Origin: the human T2T-CHM13v2.0 reference genome, Homo sapiens
Assembly: GCF_009914755.1 (NCBI RefSeq)
Contig: NC_060944.1
DNA length: 64,000 bases
Reading direction: 5' to 3' (one strand)
Both the position numbers and the translations under genes were made by a program. The notes under the pieces were generated by a model that did not search any database, was not told the origin of the DNA, and saw only the letters and a program-made list of their open reading frames with translations. Of this stretch, positions 1 to 12,944 are shown piece after piece. How positions within the stretch are numbered: position 1 is the first letter of the stretch; each line of letters starts with the position of its first letter.

Positions 1-1471
1 GCCAGGGACTAGAGTCAAAAACCTTAGAAGTCTACCTCATGTTCTGTTGTACTGCAGCTGAGCTGGCACTCAAACCATAAGATGCTATCCTTCCCACTCT
101 TCCCTCCCCTTTCCAAAGGCAGAAGAGCCTCACCCTGGGGTCACAGGCACCACAGGCCCATGGAAAGTACTGCCAGACTACTGGAATATTCCCTTAAGGC
201 CCAAGGGCTCTTCAGTCAGCTTGTGATGAATGCTGCCTGGCCTAGGACTTGACCTTCAGGGCAGTGGACTCCTCTCTGGTCCAGGGCAGGTCCAGAAATG
301 CCATCCAAGAGCCAAGTCTTGGAATCGGGGACCCCAACAGCCTGCTTGGTGCTCTACCCACCCTGTGGCTGAGCTGGTTCCTGAAGTGCAAGACAAAGTC
401 CCCTCCCTTTACTTTTCCCTCTGCTTTTCTCAAGCAGGAGTTAAGGACGCTCGATAGCCACCACAGCTGGCAATGTGCTGAGTCTCATCTGAAGCCAGCA
501 AGTCTTGGATTCCCACCCAAGGCCCTCAGTGTAGTACCTGGGTATTGCTGCTGGCTATTCAGGGCCAAAGGGCTCTTCAGCTGGTAGTTATTGAATCCTC
601 CCAGGACTGGGTTCTTCCCTTCAAGGCAGTGGGTTCCCATATGGCCCTGGGTATGTCTAGACATATTGTCTGGGAGCTAGGGCCTGGAAAGGGGGCCTCA
701 TTGACTCTGATAGGTGTCCTGTCCTGCTGTGGCTGAGCTGGTATCCAACATGCAAAACGAAGTCCTCCCCACTTTTCCCTCTCCTCTCCTCAAGTGGAAG
801 GAAGGGTGTCTTTTGGATCCACAAGCTCTGTAGCCTGGGGTTAGGGGAGGAGTGATGCCAGTACTCCCTCAACCACCCTGGCTAGTGTCTCAGTAGGTCA
901 TATACTCACCCAGTCCACTGGCTCTGGGCCCAGTTCAGCACTAGGACTCACCTAAGAGTTGTAGTCCTTGTGGCCTAGACTGCCCTTCCAATTTAGGGCC
1001 CCAGAGCACTTTAGCCTGCAGTGGCGAGGCTTGTGGAAACTCAAGTTGGGATCACTGGGATTGGCAATACATTTCTGGCTAGGGCTGGTTTAGATGCTCC
1101 CTCTGTGGGTGGGGTCAGCTAAGTTTGGATCCATTTTTCTTTCTGCTATAATAGGGCAGCGCTGAATTCAATGTCTCACAATTGCTGTGATCTCCCTCTC
1201 CCCAGTGCACAGTGAGATTCTCCATACCACACTGTCACTGCTGGCGGTTGGGAAAGGGGTGGCATCAATGATTTAAAACTGTTTTTCTTACCTCTTTAGG
1301 GCCTTCATCAGCGATGTGAAATTCAAACCAGGTACTGTGAGTGCTCACTTAGTGTTTGGTTCGTATGAAGGTGCTTTTTTTTTTTTTTTTTTTGTATATA
1401 GTTGTTAAATTGGTGTCCTTTTGGGGTGGGAGGAGACAATCGGTGGAGTCTTCTATTCCACTATCTTGCTC
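1..1471 (-). mobile_element. Old LINE-1 5' end/5'UTR (L1M1/L1PB-L1MA type), running off the left edge
   Basis: The minus strand starts caagatagtggaatagaagactcc (1468-1445), a decayed L1 start of the CAAGATGGCGGAATAG type. There are internal repeats: gctgagctgg at ~57, 368 and 732, and aagggctcttcag at ~203 and 568. Confidence 0.75.
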
Positions 1472-3972
1472 TTGTCTATTTTTGTTTTTGTTATTATTGT
1501 TTGTCTGTTTATTTGTTAGGCTGTCACAATCTTGGGTCAAGCCTCATTTCTTTTCCCTGGGCCTGTTGTCTTTGTGACTCTAGGCTCTCCTCTCTTCTGA
1601 ACTTCTATCATAGATCTGGCCATGACAGGACACTCACGAAAGTCCTTTAAGTGATCCTCACTCTTCAGGACAAAGTTCTGATTCGCCGTGAGACTTATGT
1701 TGATCTGTCCGGGCCTACCCCTCTGCCTCTCCATGCTCAACTTTCCACCTGCTTGTGTGTTCCCCTAACCTTCGAAGTTCTCTGCACCAGCTGCCATGCT
1801 CAAACACAATACCTGTTTATAACTATGTGTTTTTGAACATGTCATTTCCTTTTCTTGGAATAAATGGCCTTACGGACTGAGAAACTTTCATTTGCTTGCC
1901 AAGGCCCACATTGGCAGTTATCTACCCTTCCCTGTTGCTCTCATTGCAGTTTGTATATATCCTAGGAATACACTTTGGACAGAAATTATCCATGGATTCC
2001 AGATGTCTGGCACCTCCTGGTCCTTTGAGTTCTGGATAAGCTCGGTTGGTGCTCCCATTTTATATCTAAAATTTACCCCAAACCCTCCCAAATTCTCTGC
2101 CTCTTCTTCCAAGTGTTATATTTTCAGTGACTCCTCCACCTTGGGCCTACTGCCATCAGAATTTAAGTCTTGATTAAGACTGGAAAACTCAGTCTTTTCT
2201 TTGAGGTCCATGAACAACACCACATCTTCCAAGCATTTATGAGTGCACCGAGTGTAGTAGAACTCAAGTGAAGATGTATTTTGGGGATGAGAGGTTAGCA
2301 CCACAGGGAAATAGTCTCTTCCCTAATAGCCTCCAATCCACTCTACCATCAGGGCTTCAGTCAGTATCACTGGGCACCATTTTTTCTAGCTTTTTGTCTT
2401 CTTCCATCTCACCATTTTCCCTCTTTAAACCTCCCTGCCCCCTCTTCTCAGTAACAAATATTCCCCTCCTTGTTATATGCAGAGAAGTTTGCTTGTTTTC
2501 CTTTGTTGACTCCTTGCCTCAGTGGCTTATTGAGGCATTTCTATCAAGACAGTCTGCCCCTACTCCCAGGGGTATTCTGGTACTAGCTATTAAGAGATAC
2601 TCACCTCTGTTACTCTTGGGTGCTTGTCTATCATCACCAAGGGCCTAGGAAGCCCTGGAGGATAGAGAAGATGAAGAGAACTAGCTTCATTCTTGTGGGA
2701 ATAGTTGTAAGGATGAAATGCAATCTTTTCCTCCTCCTTCTTCTTATTAGATATTGTTATTGTTACTTTTCACTCATCTTCATATTGACTGGGTTGATCA
2801 CACTTGCCACTGTGTAGAACCAGCTGTTACTGAGGCTGGATGTTCCTCTGGCTTTTGTGGCCTTGCTCACTGACAACTTACCCTCAAGAAGGGGATCAGA
2901 GAGCCAAGATGACATGTGTTTGGGAGCAGAAAGCTGGACATGACATCTCTGGCTGTGCAGGATTTGGAAAGACCCTGTCAACATAGGCACTGCCAGGAGC
3001 TATTTTGTCTTGTCCTGACTCAGCCCATACATGACAATCTCCCTTGCTCCCTTCGTTTGCCTGACACTTCTGAGCTCCATCTCAGTGCCACACTTTTCTT
3101 GTGATCTTCCTCTCCAGCACCTCTGCCCTGAGTCAGGCATTAATAGCTCTTGGAAGTGGGTAACATTTTTATTCCCATTTTAGAGATAGAGAAACTGAGG
3201 CCTAGAGATGTTAGTGAAGAGCTGAGACAAACCCAGGCAGTTTAGCTCTGCATTCTCTTCATAAAAGGTAAGACAGGCTGTAATAAAATGGACTGGGCCT
3301 TTGGCCCCGAGGAAGGAAGAGTTGTTCACATTTGACCACTGGGGCCAAATGTGTCTGAGTAGAGGAAAACCCCAGGTGTTGTGGTGGTCACTGCCACAGG
3401 TGAGTCAGTTGGCAGAGCTGTATTTGGACCCAATTCTCTCCACTCCTTGTCCTATACTCTTTCTAATACACCAACCTGTTTTACTTTTTATTAGGCCATC
3501 CCTGGATAAAGTGGAGGGACTTGCCTGGGGTCCCAAGATTTTGCTGTGAGAGGTGAGATTAGAGTAGAGATCTCCTGCATCCTGGTCTAAAACTCTTTCC
3601 ACCACATTGAGCTGCCTCTGCCCAAGGCTGCGCCCATCTCTTTGCCTGATTTTCATTCTCTGCTTCTGCCTCCCCTATAAGGGCGCTGCAAAGACTCACC
3701 AAGACCTTTCCAATCCAGTTGCCATGACTGTTAGTGTTATGCACCTACAGACTTTGTAATTCAGGTTGCAGAGAAGTCAGTGTTTGTCTAACTTTTGGGG
3801 CTGAAGAGGACACTGAGGGCTTGTCTGGGGCATGGGGCTGATTGGTCCTATCCAATCATTGCCTACTTGTCCTTTGCCCCATCTCACAAATATGTAATCA
3901 AGTGATAGGTCAGGCTGTTATCTGATTATGTTTGTTAAGACCCAGATAATGATTTCTGTTTCTTTCTCTACC

Positions 3973-3974
<2 letters not shown>

Positions 3975-4041
<67 letters not shown>

Positions 4042-4047
4042 ACTCAC
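3975..4047 (+). repeat. Compound microsatellite (CA)n(CT)n(CACT)n
   Basis: Directly visible. Confidence 0.98.
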
Positions 4048-4149
4048 TTCTAGGCACCAAAGGGCTGTAGGCTTTGGGGGAAGACCCATGCTTTAGTTCT
4101 GGGCCTTCCAATATGATCTGGGATTTTGGAGGGTGGGCGACAGGGAGGC

Positions 4150-4660
4150 TGAGCTGTCACTTTGAATTGCAAAGCGTCTATTCATAATGCATAAAGAGGC
4201 CCCCGCAAGTGGCCATAGCCTCCTGTCGTCCTGCAGCTCAGGGAAATTAGACAGCTTCAGAGCCCCTTATGAAAATGCAATGTATTACCGCTGCTTTTTC
4301 ACTAGTAAATTATGCATTCGAGAGTGACAAATTCCAAGATGCCGCCTTTATTAGGAACTCAGTGCGGGGTGGGTGGACAGTGCTGGCTGCCAAGCTTGCG
4401 ACAGAATGTTTAATAACTTTTTCTGACTGTGCTTCCCGGAGGTGGTGTTTATAATACGTATTTCCCTCCTCTCTCATTTTATCAAAACACCGATGCTGAG
4501 CTTATTGCTCTATTTATGCATTTGGAACCTCTTCCTGGGTCAAAGAGCATTTGAATGACAAAAGCAACGACAGAGACCGTTTTTTTAACCAATCTGTCTC
4601 ACATGCCTGTGACCTTGGTGTTCTTGGTTTTTTAAAGATCCATCCATTTGGAGGAGTCAG
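4150..4660. promoter_or_regulatory. Candidate conserved enhancer with a POU-type motif cluster
   Basis: No recognisable repeat; many retained CpGs; TTATGCAT/ATGCATAA three times (4187, 4310, 4514); TGTCA/TGACA and TTTATTA motifs. Confidence 0.5.
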
Positions 4661-5049
4661 CTGCTTCCTGAACTTCAGGCCTTGAGGCAGGAGACAGCGT
4701 GTACCATCTCCTGCCATTCTGTCGGTAAGTAGAGACCTGTGATGGTACCCAGGATTCAAAAGTCATCTTCCCCGGCGGGAGGCAAGGGAGGCTTATGGAG
4801 AACCTCTTAAAGATATTGTGAGCATTCTACTCATTACTTAGGGAAAGACAGCGGGTGTTGGTCCAACTCTGGCTTTTGTGCCAGGTAGGAGTTGGTCCTG
4901 AGGCCGCCCATCTGACCATACTGGACCTGTTTTAAGGTTTTTCTCTAAAAAAATTTTAGATTTGTCAATCTGTGCTCCTGCAGGGGATGCTATGTCCAAA
5001 TGTCCCAGGATTTGTTTTTTTCTGTCTTTCCTGAGACATTCCCTGCCCA

Positions 5050-5600
5050 GCTACCCAAGGAATCCTTCAAACGAGCAAATCTGACCATATCTTCTATGGT
5101 CAGATTAAAATCTTCCATGGCTCCCTATTGCTTATGGGACAAAATCAAAATTCCTGAGTCTGGTCTAAAAGGTGTTTGATGATCTTGACCTGCTGACTTT
5201 GCCAGCCTTCTTGTCAGACTCTCGTGTCATGCTCCGCCTAGACTATGAGCCTGCTATTTCATACTATGTAGCTTTGTAAGTCCCAGAAAATGCTGGGCTC
5301 TGACTCTTTTATAACTTTACATATACTGTTCCATCTGCCTGGAATGCCTTCTACTTGTCTGTCCAGCAAATTCTCACTCATCTCTTAAGGCCCAGCTTCA
5401 GTGCCGCCTCCTATCATAAGTCTTCCTTGATTTCCCAGGCAGAATTAAGTCCCTCTTACCCCATCTACCCATTGTGTTTGTACATACATTCATTATAGCA
5501 ATAATCATATTAGATTTCAATGATTGGCTTGTCTTTCTCCACACTTTATTTTTAATAGAACACCTAGGTTTTAGTTAATGCTAAACAAACATTTGTTGGT
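5050..5600 (+). mobile_element. L2 3' fragment
   Basis: caaatctgaccat..ttaaaatcttccatggctccc and ctgcctggaatgccttc..ggcccagcttca are typical L2 3' phrases; ends aaacatttgttg. Confidence 0.7.
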
Positions 5601-5709
5601 TGTCTGTGTGGCATCTTGGGTTGCCTGACAGACTCTTGGCCAAATCTGTTCATGCATCCAACACATACATACTGAACAACTTTTGCAGACCAGGCACTGC
5701 TGGGCCTGA

Positions 5710-5930
5710 CCTTCTGGTTCCATTACTAACATGTTAGCAGTGTCACTTTGAGCAAGTTACTTAACCTCTCTGTGCCTCAGTTTTCTCATCTGTAAAATGG
5801 GAATAATGCTTAGCACTTAATTTTTGGCAAGCTAGTGAGAATTAAATGGGATGATGCCTGTCCAGTGTATGAGGGATAGCCTCTATTAGCCCAGGACTGG
5901 CACACTGGAAGCACATAATAAATGCTAGCT
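5710..5930 (+). mobile_element. MIR
   Basis: MIR core gcaagttacttaacctctctgtgcctcagttttctcatctgtaaaatggg. Confidence 0.9.
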
Positions 5931-5932
5931 GC

Positions 5933-5976
<44 letters not shown>
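5933..5976 (+). repeat. (AAT)n microsatellite
   Basis: Directly visible. Confidence 0.97.
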
Positions 5977-5978
<2 letters not shown>

Positions 5979-6124
5979 GTGCTATTATTATATTATATGC
6001 TTATATAGGATCTATTTACAATAATATAAATATAATTATTATTCATGTTACTTGCTCTCCTTGAATTGACTGGGCCTCCAACTTTCCCTGGCTGCCTTGC
6101 CCTACACTTCGCAGATGGGACATG

Positions 6125-6380
6125 GATCATTTTAATTAGGTTTTATTGGGCTGTTATATGGGTCATAATTGAGGCCATTATTCATTTTCATGGGGCTGCT
6201 GACACAGCCTCAGTTTAGACATGATGCTATCTTGACGAGACAAGTCCCCATCTCAAAGGATCCCTATTTGAGGGGCTGGAGCTGCCACAGGAAAAGAGTC
6301 CTTCCGAGGCCCCAAACACAGATTCTGAAGAGATTAATGCCAGGAGTGTTCGTCAGAGAAGAGGAGATTTGTGGGCGACA
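6125..6380. promoter_or_regulatory. Candidate enhancer (homeodomain, HOX13-type and MARE-like sites)
   Basis: TTTAATTAG, TTTTATTGG (6141-6149), CATAATTG, TGCTGACACAGC (6197-6208) in unique-looking sequence. Confidence 0.4.
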
Positions 6381-6799
6381 GTGGCACCCTTCTGTGTAGT
6401 TGTTGGGGCCACCCCTGGGGAGTGGGGCATTCATCCACTTGGCTGTGTGTTCCACTCTCACCCCAGGATCTCCAGTGCTCTGGACAGTGTCTGGCACTGA
6501 GCAGACACTGGGAAAATGTTTGCTGAGTGAAAGCCACACTTGCAGGTGCTCAGGAAGGTGAAAGCAGTGAGTGTGGCCCAGCACACAGGCCTGGGGCAGC
6601 CTCACAGGTTCCAGCTCCTGATTGTGTGCTGTGGACTGTCCCTTGGTTCAGAGCCATGGGACGCGCTCGTGTAGCCCCAGTCAGGGGCTCGTCGAGGGAT
6701 TGGTATTGGGGAAAAGTCAGTGTAGGACTATAGCTGGGCCTTTCCCATGAGCCTCAACTGTCTGGATCAGTGTGTTCTTAGGCTTGGCCTAGATGGGTT

Positions 6800-7249
6800 A
6801 TTGTTCAGGAAAGCTTCACTCACCTCCCTGTGCAGAGTGGTGGAGTCATATTTCCCTGCCCCATTGATGTTGGTCTTGCCTATGTGTTTGCTCATGTGAC
6901 AGTGAAACATTAGTAGACTTCAAACAAGAAGAAGCTGTGAACACACTTGTGCTATCTGGCTCATGCCCTCCTGCATGCACACTGGCGAACTGCTGTCATG
7001 ATAAGCATATCCGAATTAGTCCCAGCATGACCATGCATGGAACAGACCTGAACCTTGTTTGTGGTCTGAAGCCAATTCCAGCCAACTTTCAGTGGGAGGC
7101 AAAGCCAATCCCTTGACCCCAGCCTAGATGAGCTGAGCCCAGTCCGCCTACAGACCCAGGAGCATGAGAACCAGTACTTGTGGTGGGAAGTCATTGAGTT
7201 TTGGCATGCCTGTTGTGCAGCATTAGCGTAGCAGTAGCTGACCAATACA
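6800..7249 (+). mobile_element. MLT1 (MaLR) solo LTR, MLT1I/J-like
   Basis: ttccctgccccattgatgttgg start region; ends gcagtagctgaccaataca. Confidence 0.7.
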
Positions 7250-7356
7250 GAGCCCCAGAGCAGCTCCAGTGGAATGTGTTTCATATATTGAGTTTCTATA
7301 TAAGCATGTTTGAAATAAGAATTTGATTGTTGAAAACAGATTGAAAGCCTCTACAA

Positions 7357-7586
7357 CAGTGGTTTTCAACTGGAGGCAATTTTGTTCTCCAGCGGACATT
7401 TGGCAATGTCTGGAGACACTTTTGGTTGTCACAACTGGGTGGGGGTCGGTGGGAGGGATGGTAGGATAGTGGCATCTAATGGTAGAGGCCAGGGATGTGC
7501 TAAACATCAGAATGTACCAGACAATCCCCCGGAGTAAAGAATTATCTGGCTTAAAATGTCAGCAGTGCTGAGGTTGAGAAACCCTG
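7357..7586 (+). mobile_element. MER20 (hAT-Charlie MITE)
   Basis: cagtggttttcaactgg..ggacatttggcaatgtctggagaca..gttgagaaaccctg; degenerate 8-bp TSD ctctacaa/atctaaaa. Confidence 0.9.
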
Positions 7587-8406
7587 ATCTAAAATCTAAG
7601 ATCATTTGAATCTTTACCACCAAACATCTACCCTCCCTCCTTCCCTCTCTGTCTCCCTTTCTTCTTTCATTCTTCCCTCCTCTCCTCTTTTCTTTTTTTT
7701 CCCCTCCCTCCTTCTCTTTCTTTCCTACCTCCTCCCTTCTAAACAAGATAGATATATGCCCAGGCCCTCAGGGAATTTATCTTGAGAGGAACATCTCAGA
7801 CAATATAGGCATAAACCAGTGAAGTAATGATGACAAATGCTATGCAGGATGCGGTAAGGAAGAATTACAGGGGGGACCACCCTTGGATGGGGTGATCAGG
7901 GAAGGCCTCTCTGAGCAGCTGACAGATGTGAGGGTCAGAAGGAGAAGGAGGAATCAGCCTTGGAAGAACTAACAGAAAAATGTTCCTGGCTTTGGGAACA
8001 GCAAATGCAGAGACATTGAGATGAGTGTGAACTTGGTGTGTTCAGGAAGCAGAGGGAGCCCCTGTCTGGTGCAAGAAAAGTGAGGGCCAACCCTGCCCTG
8101 CCTGGCATGGGGCTGGAGTTTGCTGAGCAATTGATACAATCCATGTCAGCTCTTTGGAATTCCCAGAAATTCCTGTAGACTCCAGAGTCTTGGGGGCTCA
8201 AGAGGGTTCAAACTTAAAGCTAAGAAATCACCTCAATGCCATGTTCAATCTATTACTTACAGGCACAGGGCTGGAAATGGATTGGCATTCAAAGTAATGG
8301 AATGGAATGTATTTATTTGAACATCAAAATCCTTGGTGGATTAAAATGTGCTGGGAATGTGGAGCATGACCTCACCGTGACACGTGCACCTGCTCAGCTG
8401 CATTGA

Positions 8407-8830
<424 letters not shown>

Positions 8831-8974
8831 AAAATCCACACTTCTTGATAAGGCCTACGAAGCCCCCCATGGTTTGATCTTTGCCCAGCCCTCCCACCTG
8901 TCTCATCCTATCCCACTTGCTCTGGGGACCTCAGGGATGTGCCCATACCTTTCCTGCATCACAAGGATCTTCTT

Positions 8975-9111
8975 ATGGAACAGACTTCTCATAGCCCTCA
9001 ACAGGAACCAGCTTGGACTCTGGGCTTCAGGACTGTGAGAATACAAATTTCCATTGTTGAAGCCACCCAGTCTGTAGAATTTTGCTAGGGCAGCCCTAGG
9101 GCATTAATACA
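8975..9111 (+). mobile_element. MLT1B/C LTR 3' fragment
   Basis: ggactgtgagaatacaaatttccattgttgaagccacccagt..ttaataca. Confidence 0.75.
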
Positions 9112-9279
9112 CACAGGATGGAAGGGATGAATTTGTCTTGAGGGGTTGTGGAAGGAGGTATATGGGTGGGAAGTGGGCTGGGGCTGTAGGTGACTGAGGG
9201 TGAGGCACTTACACTAACTCCTATTTTGGCCCTGGGTGAGGCTGTGATGGAAGCTGTGGTTGGTGCTGGCCTGGGCCTT

Positions 9280-9282
<3 letters not shown>

Positions 9283-9326
<44 letters not shown>

Positions 9327-9331
9327 GTGTG
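9283..9331 (+). repeat. (GT)n(GC)n(GT)n microsatellite
   Basis: Directly visible. Confidence 0.97.
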
Positions 9332-9727
9332 TTTTGGGGATGCAGGGTGTGGCAGGCAGGAAGGAGAGCTTGAGCCAGAGGCATAATGAGGACATGGAGA
9401 AGCTGAGCTGTGGAGCCAGCAGGACCTTTTCTCCTGGAAGAGAAAAATGAAACGGCTGGTTGGCTGCGAGTTGTTCAGCTGAGTCCTTGTCCCTAATTAC
9501 CACCCAGACCAAGCCTCTGGGCAGCATCATCCTGGCCCATCTGCAGCTTCTAAGATGGTCAGGATCCAAGCCAGGTGCCGGTGTGTGTGCTGGTCCTCAT
9601 GGCCAGTGAGCAGCGAGGGGACTTTAATTAAAGAACTAATTACTCTGACTCTCTACGGGAACATCTGCAGCCCCCCAGCCAGTCTGGAGCAGGACTCCCT
9701 CTAATCTGGGCTTTCAGAGCAATGCCT

Positions 9728-9776
<49 letters not shown>

Positions 9777-9800
9777 CGCGTGTGCGTGCGTGCGTGTGCA
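9728..9800 (+). repeat. (GT)n(GC)n microsatellite followed by degenerate GT-rich sequence to ~10200
   Basis: Directly visible. Confidence 0.97.
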
Positions 9801-11749
9801 TGTCCAGGATATGTGCGTGTCTGTGCATGTTGGTATGTGTGCATGCACTTGGACATGTGCTTTGTGTGCCCTGTGCATGTATGTGCACATGTATTGGTGA
9901 GTGACCATGTATATAGCTTGCATTTCTATTTGTGCATCTCTGTGTGTGCAGGTGGGAACATGTGCACACGTGCGTCATCATGGTCATGTGTATGTATGTG
10001 GGCAAGGGGGTAAATACACATATGTACCCAAATGGTGTGGGTGTGTGCAAGTTCTTATGATTTTTTTCCTTTCCTATGATTGAAGCTTCAGCGACTCTAT
10101 GGGTTGCATGTGTATGTGTCCCTGGTCATTCTGCAACTGTGAGTGTGTGCAGTGTGTGTGAACATGGCTCTATAAACAGGGCCCCAGCCGCAGGTAACAT
10201 CTGTGTTTGCACTGGGCTTTTGGAAGCTCTTCCCAAAGGAGGGGAGAATTCGGAGATTTTAGGGAGCAGGTGAAGGAAGGCTGGTCTGTGAGGTGGATGG
10301 TTTGCAGTGAGGGGTTCAGCTCTGCCCTGATGCCCTGCTTAGTCATGTTGGACCAAGGTGGGAGGTTGTTCTAGACAGACTGTCCAGGGATTGAGTGGGA
10401 GGTTTGGCTCTGGGCAGGGGTGAATAGTTCCAGGTGGACAGAGTAAGCCTTCCAAGCTGAACAGTATGCTTCCCACTGTGAGCTCCGGTCTCCTTGACAA
10501 CACAGAGTCAGGGCTGGGCCCTGGGGAAAGGGATGTACATCTCCGTGTGCATACCACGAGGGGAACTCCGGGACGCTCTCCTGGTGGGAACTCAGATTGT
10601 TTTACGAAGGGGTTTGGAGTGTGGGGAGAAGAAAATTAAAAAGGTCTCTTTCAACTGCAAAACAAAATTCATAAGTTTTAAACTTCAGGTAAGTTCAGGG
10701 TCTGAGCCTGGTTTGCTCTCAGAGGTAGCATGATCTGTTTGAATCCCTGAAGCATGAACACAAGAGGTTTGGAGGAGGCTCAGAGTGGACATAAAGAGAT
10801 TGGAGGGGCTGGGGCAGGCCCCTGAGGACCATGGGAAACTATGGGTGACCCCTTCATGACTAAGGAGAGGAGATGGGCTGGTGTGCCTGGATCTGGGCTG
10901 GATCCTTATGGAGCATGAATGTAGGGACAGAGCTCTCTGGACAGTGGGCAGGAGTGGGGAAGTTGGCACATGGAAAATGCTGACCAGCTGAATCTTGTGT
11001 CCTTCCTTCTCTCTCTCCCATTATTTTGATTATTTCACAAGGAATCTGAAGCTTCCCCTCCATGCCCCACTGGCAACCAAGGGTGCAGTGCCAGAAAAAA
11101 ACAGATATTTCCCCAGAAGTCCTGGGTCAAGTATTTCCTTGCAAGCTCATTAAATCACCTTTTGCTTTGATTGTTCAACTGGTAGTGTCGGGACCTGTGA
11201 ATGGCACACAGCTCATAGCTCCAAGTGCTCCTGGAGCCACCCGTCCCTGCCAGCTCCCTTGGGGCTGGGAAGCAGGGGACATGCCATGGGCCTTGCTGTC
11301 TAGAGGACTGAAGGGTCATTGACCAAAATAACCCCTTAAGTTGTCCTAACCTGCTAGAGAAATGCTTCTGGTTAGACAGAGCAATTGTTGAAACACTGGC
11401 CTACGTTTTCTACTCTTTAAGAGATACCTTCCATGAATTAACTTATTAATAGGAGTCATAATAAAGACAATAATAATATTCAGGGCCACCAGTAGCCCAG
11501 GTGGCAGCTCTGAGATTTAGAACAAGGCACCATCTCAAGGCAAATAGGTGATAGCAAGTTGTCCCCTTTGATGGCCATTGAGAATGAGGCACTCCTTCCT
11601 CTGAACTGAGGCAGCCCCACTGAGGAGCCTGGCGAGGAAGGGGAGCTCAGGCTGGACTCCAGCTGCACTTGGCTCCCCCTTGGCTAGGTGCCTTGGTACA
11701 AGGGTCAACCTACACAGCAGTGCATGACAACCCTGGGTGATAGCTAGCG

Positions 11750-11985
11750 TTCTGCAAGTGCTTACTGTGTGCAGGCACTATGCTAAGAGTGGACATGGAT
11801 TATCTTATTCTACCCCCACAACAGCTGCACAACCTGGGAAACATCAACCTCGTGTTGCAGAGAAGGGAGGCTTCTTCTCTGAGGCTTCGGGAGGTTCTGC
11901 ATGCTGTTGGAGGCCACACAGTTTTTAAGTGCAGCATTTGAACCTAGGCAGTCTGTCTCAGAGTCCAAGCTCTTAGCCACAAAGT
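11750..11985 (-). mobile_element. MIR
   Basis: gtgcttactgtgtgcaggcactatgctaag..atttgaacctaggcagtctg..ctcttagccac. Confidence 0.75.
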
Positions 11986-12069
11986 TAAAGGTAGGGCCTG
12001 GGGCAGGTAAAAGGATGGGAGGAGATAAGTTCTCAGGGAGCTCCAGGTTGGTGGGTAGACAGAAGCATG

Positions 12070-12473
12070 AGAGCCCAGTGGACTCTGCCAGTGCCCTGTC
12101 CATGCATCCTCCCCCAATTCTGCTTCCTGCTGATGGAATCTTACTCTCTGTTCAACTGAGGCTTTCCCTTGGATTGCATGCAGGGCAGACCATAAGCGCT
12201 GAAGGTTGATGCCCCAGCCAATGAAGACAGGAATTATCCTTTATTGGGATAGCTCTGAGGCATATTCTACCCCGTTTCCTAGGGGTTTCCAGTGGATTGA
12301 AGCCAAGTTGCCTACAGGGTTCCCCAGCTCATGAACACACCCCATACTGGCTGTCTTCATTTCCTATATCACTCTCCTACACCTGGTGCCTTACCTGGAC
12401 CCACCTCCTAAATATACTGCTGTTCTCAGATCCTGGTCTCAGGGTCTGCTTCTGGGGGATCCTGGCCTAAGAC
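12070..12473 (+). mobile_element. LTR16-family ERVL LTR
   Basis: cccagccaatga..gctctgaggcatattctac..; ends ctcagggtctgcttctgggggatcctggcctaagac. Confidence 0.75.
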
Positions 12474-12944
12474 GGGGGTCCTATGACCACCCTTCCTAAG
12501 CCCATAGCCAGCCTTCCCTACCCAGAAGACAGGAGCTAGAGGAGTCTAAGGAGGAAAAGGAGTATTATGGAAAATCTCCGTGCCTAGAGCAGTGCAGTCC
12601 AGCTCAGAGGGGTTCATTTCAGCAGAGGTTTCCAGGGGCAGGGCCAACACATCTGAGAGGAGTGTGTGCACCCGTGTATGTGTGCATGCACAGACACTAT
12701 GCATGCACACTATGGACTCACCACACACCACACACAGTTTCCAGGCACCAAGCAAGGTTCAGCCTTGCTTAGCCTCATGGCTCTGTGGACTCTAGATTCT
12801 CAAACATGAAGCTAAGAGGCCTCCTTGGGGACAAGGCTGTGCAGCAGGGAAGCAAATCAGGTGAGTGGCAGGAGTGTCCTGGTGACTGCAGCCACAGCAA
12901 GTGGGGTGCATGCAATGCAGTGCATTGGGATCAAGTACACCTGT

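Noticed and set aside
50-810. ~310-365-bp imperfect repeats at the window start
   Set aside because: Explained as internal repeats of the old L1 5'UTR, not an independent array
9096-10050. HTHT/CVCV-rich ORFs
   Set aside because: Translations of (GT)n microsatellites
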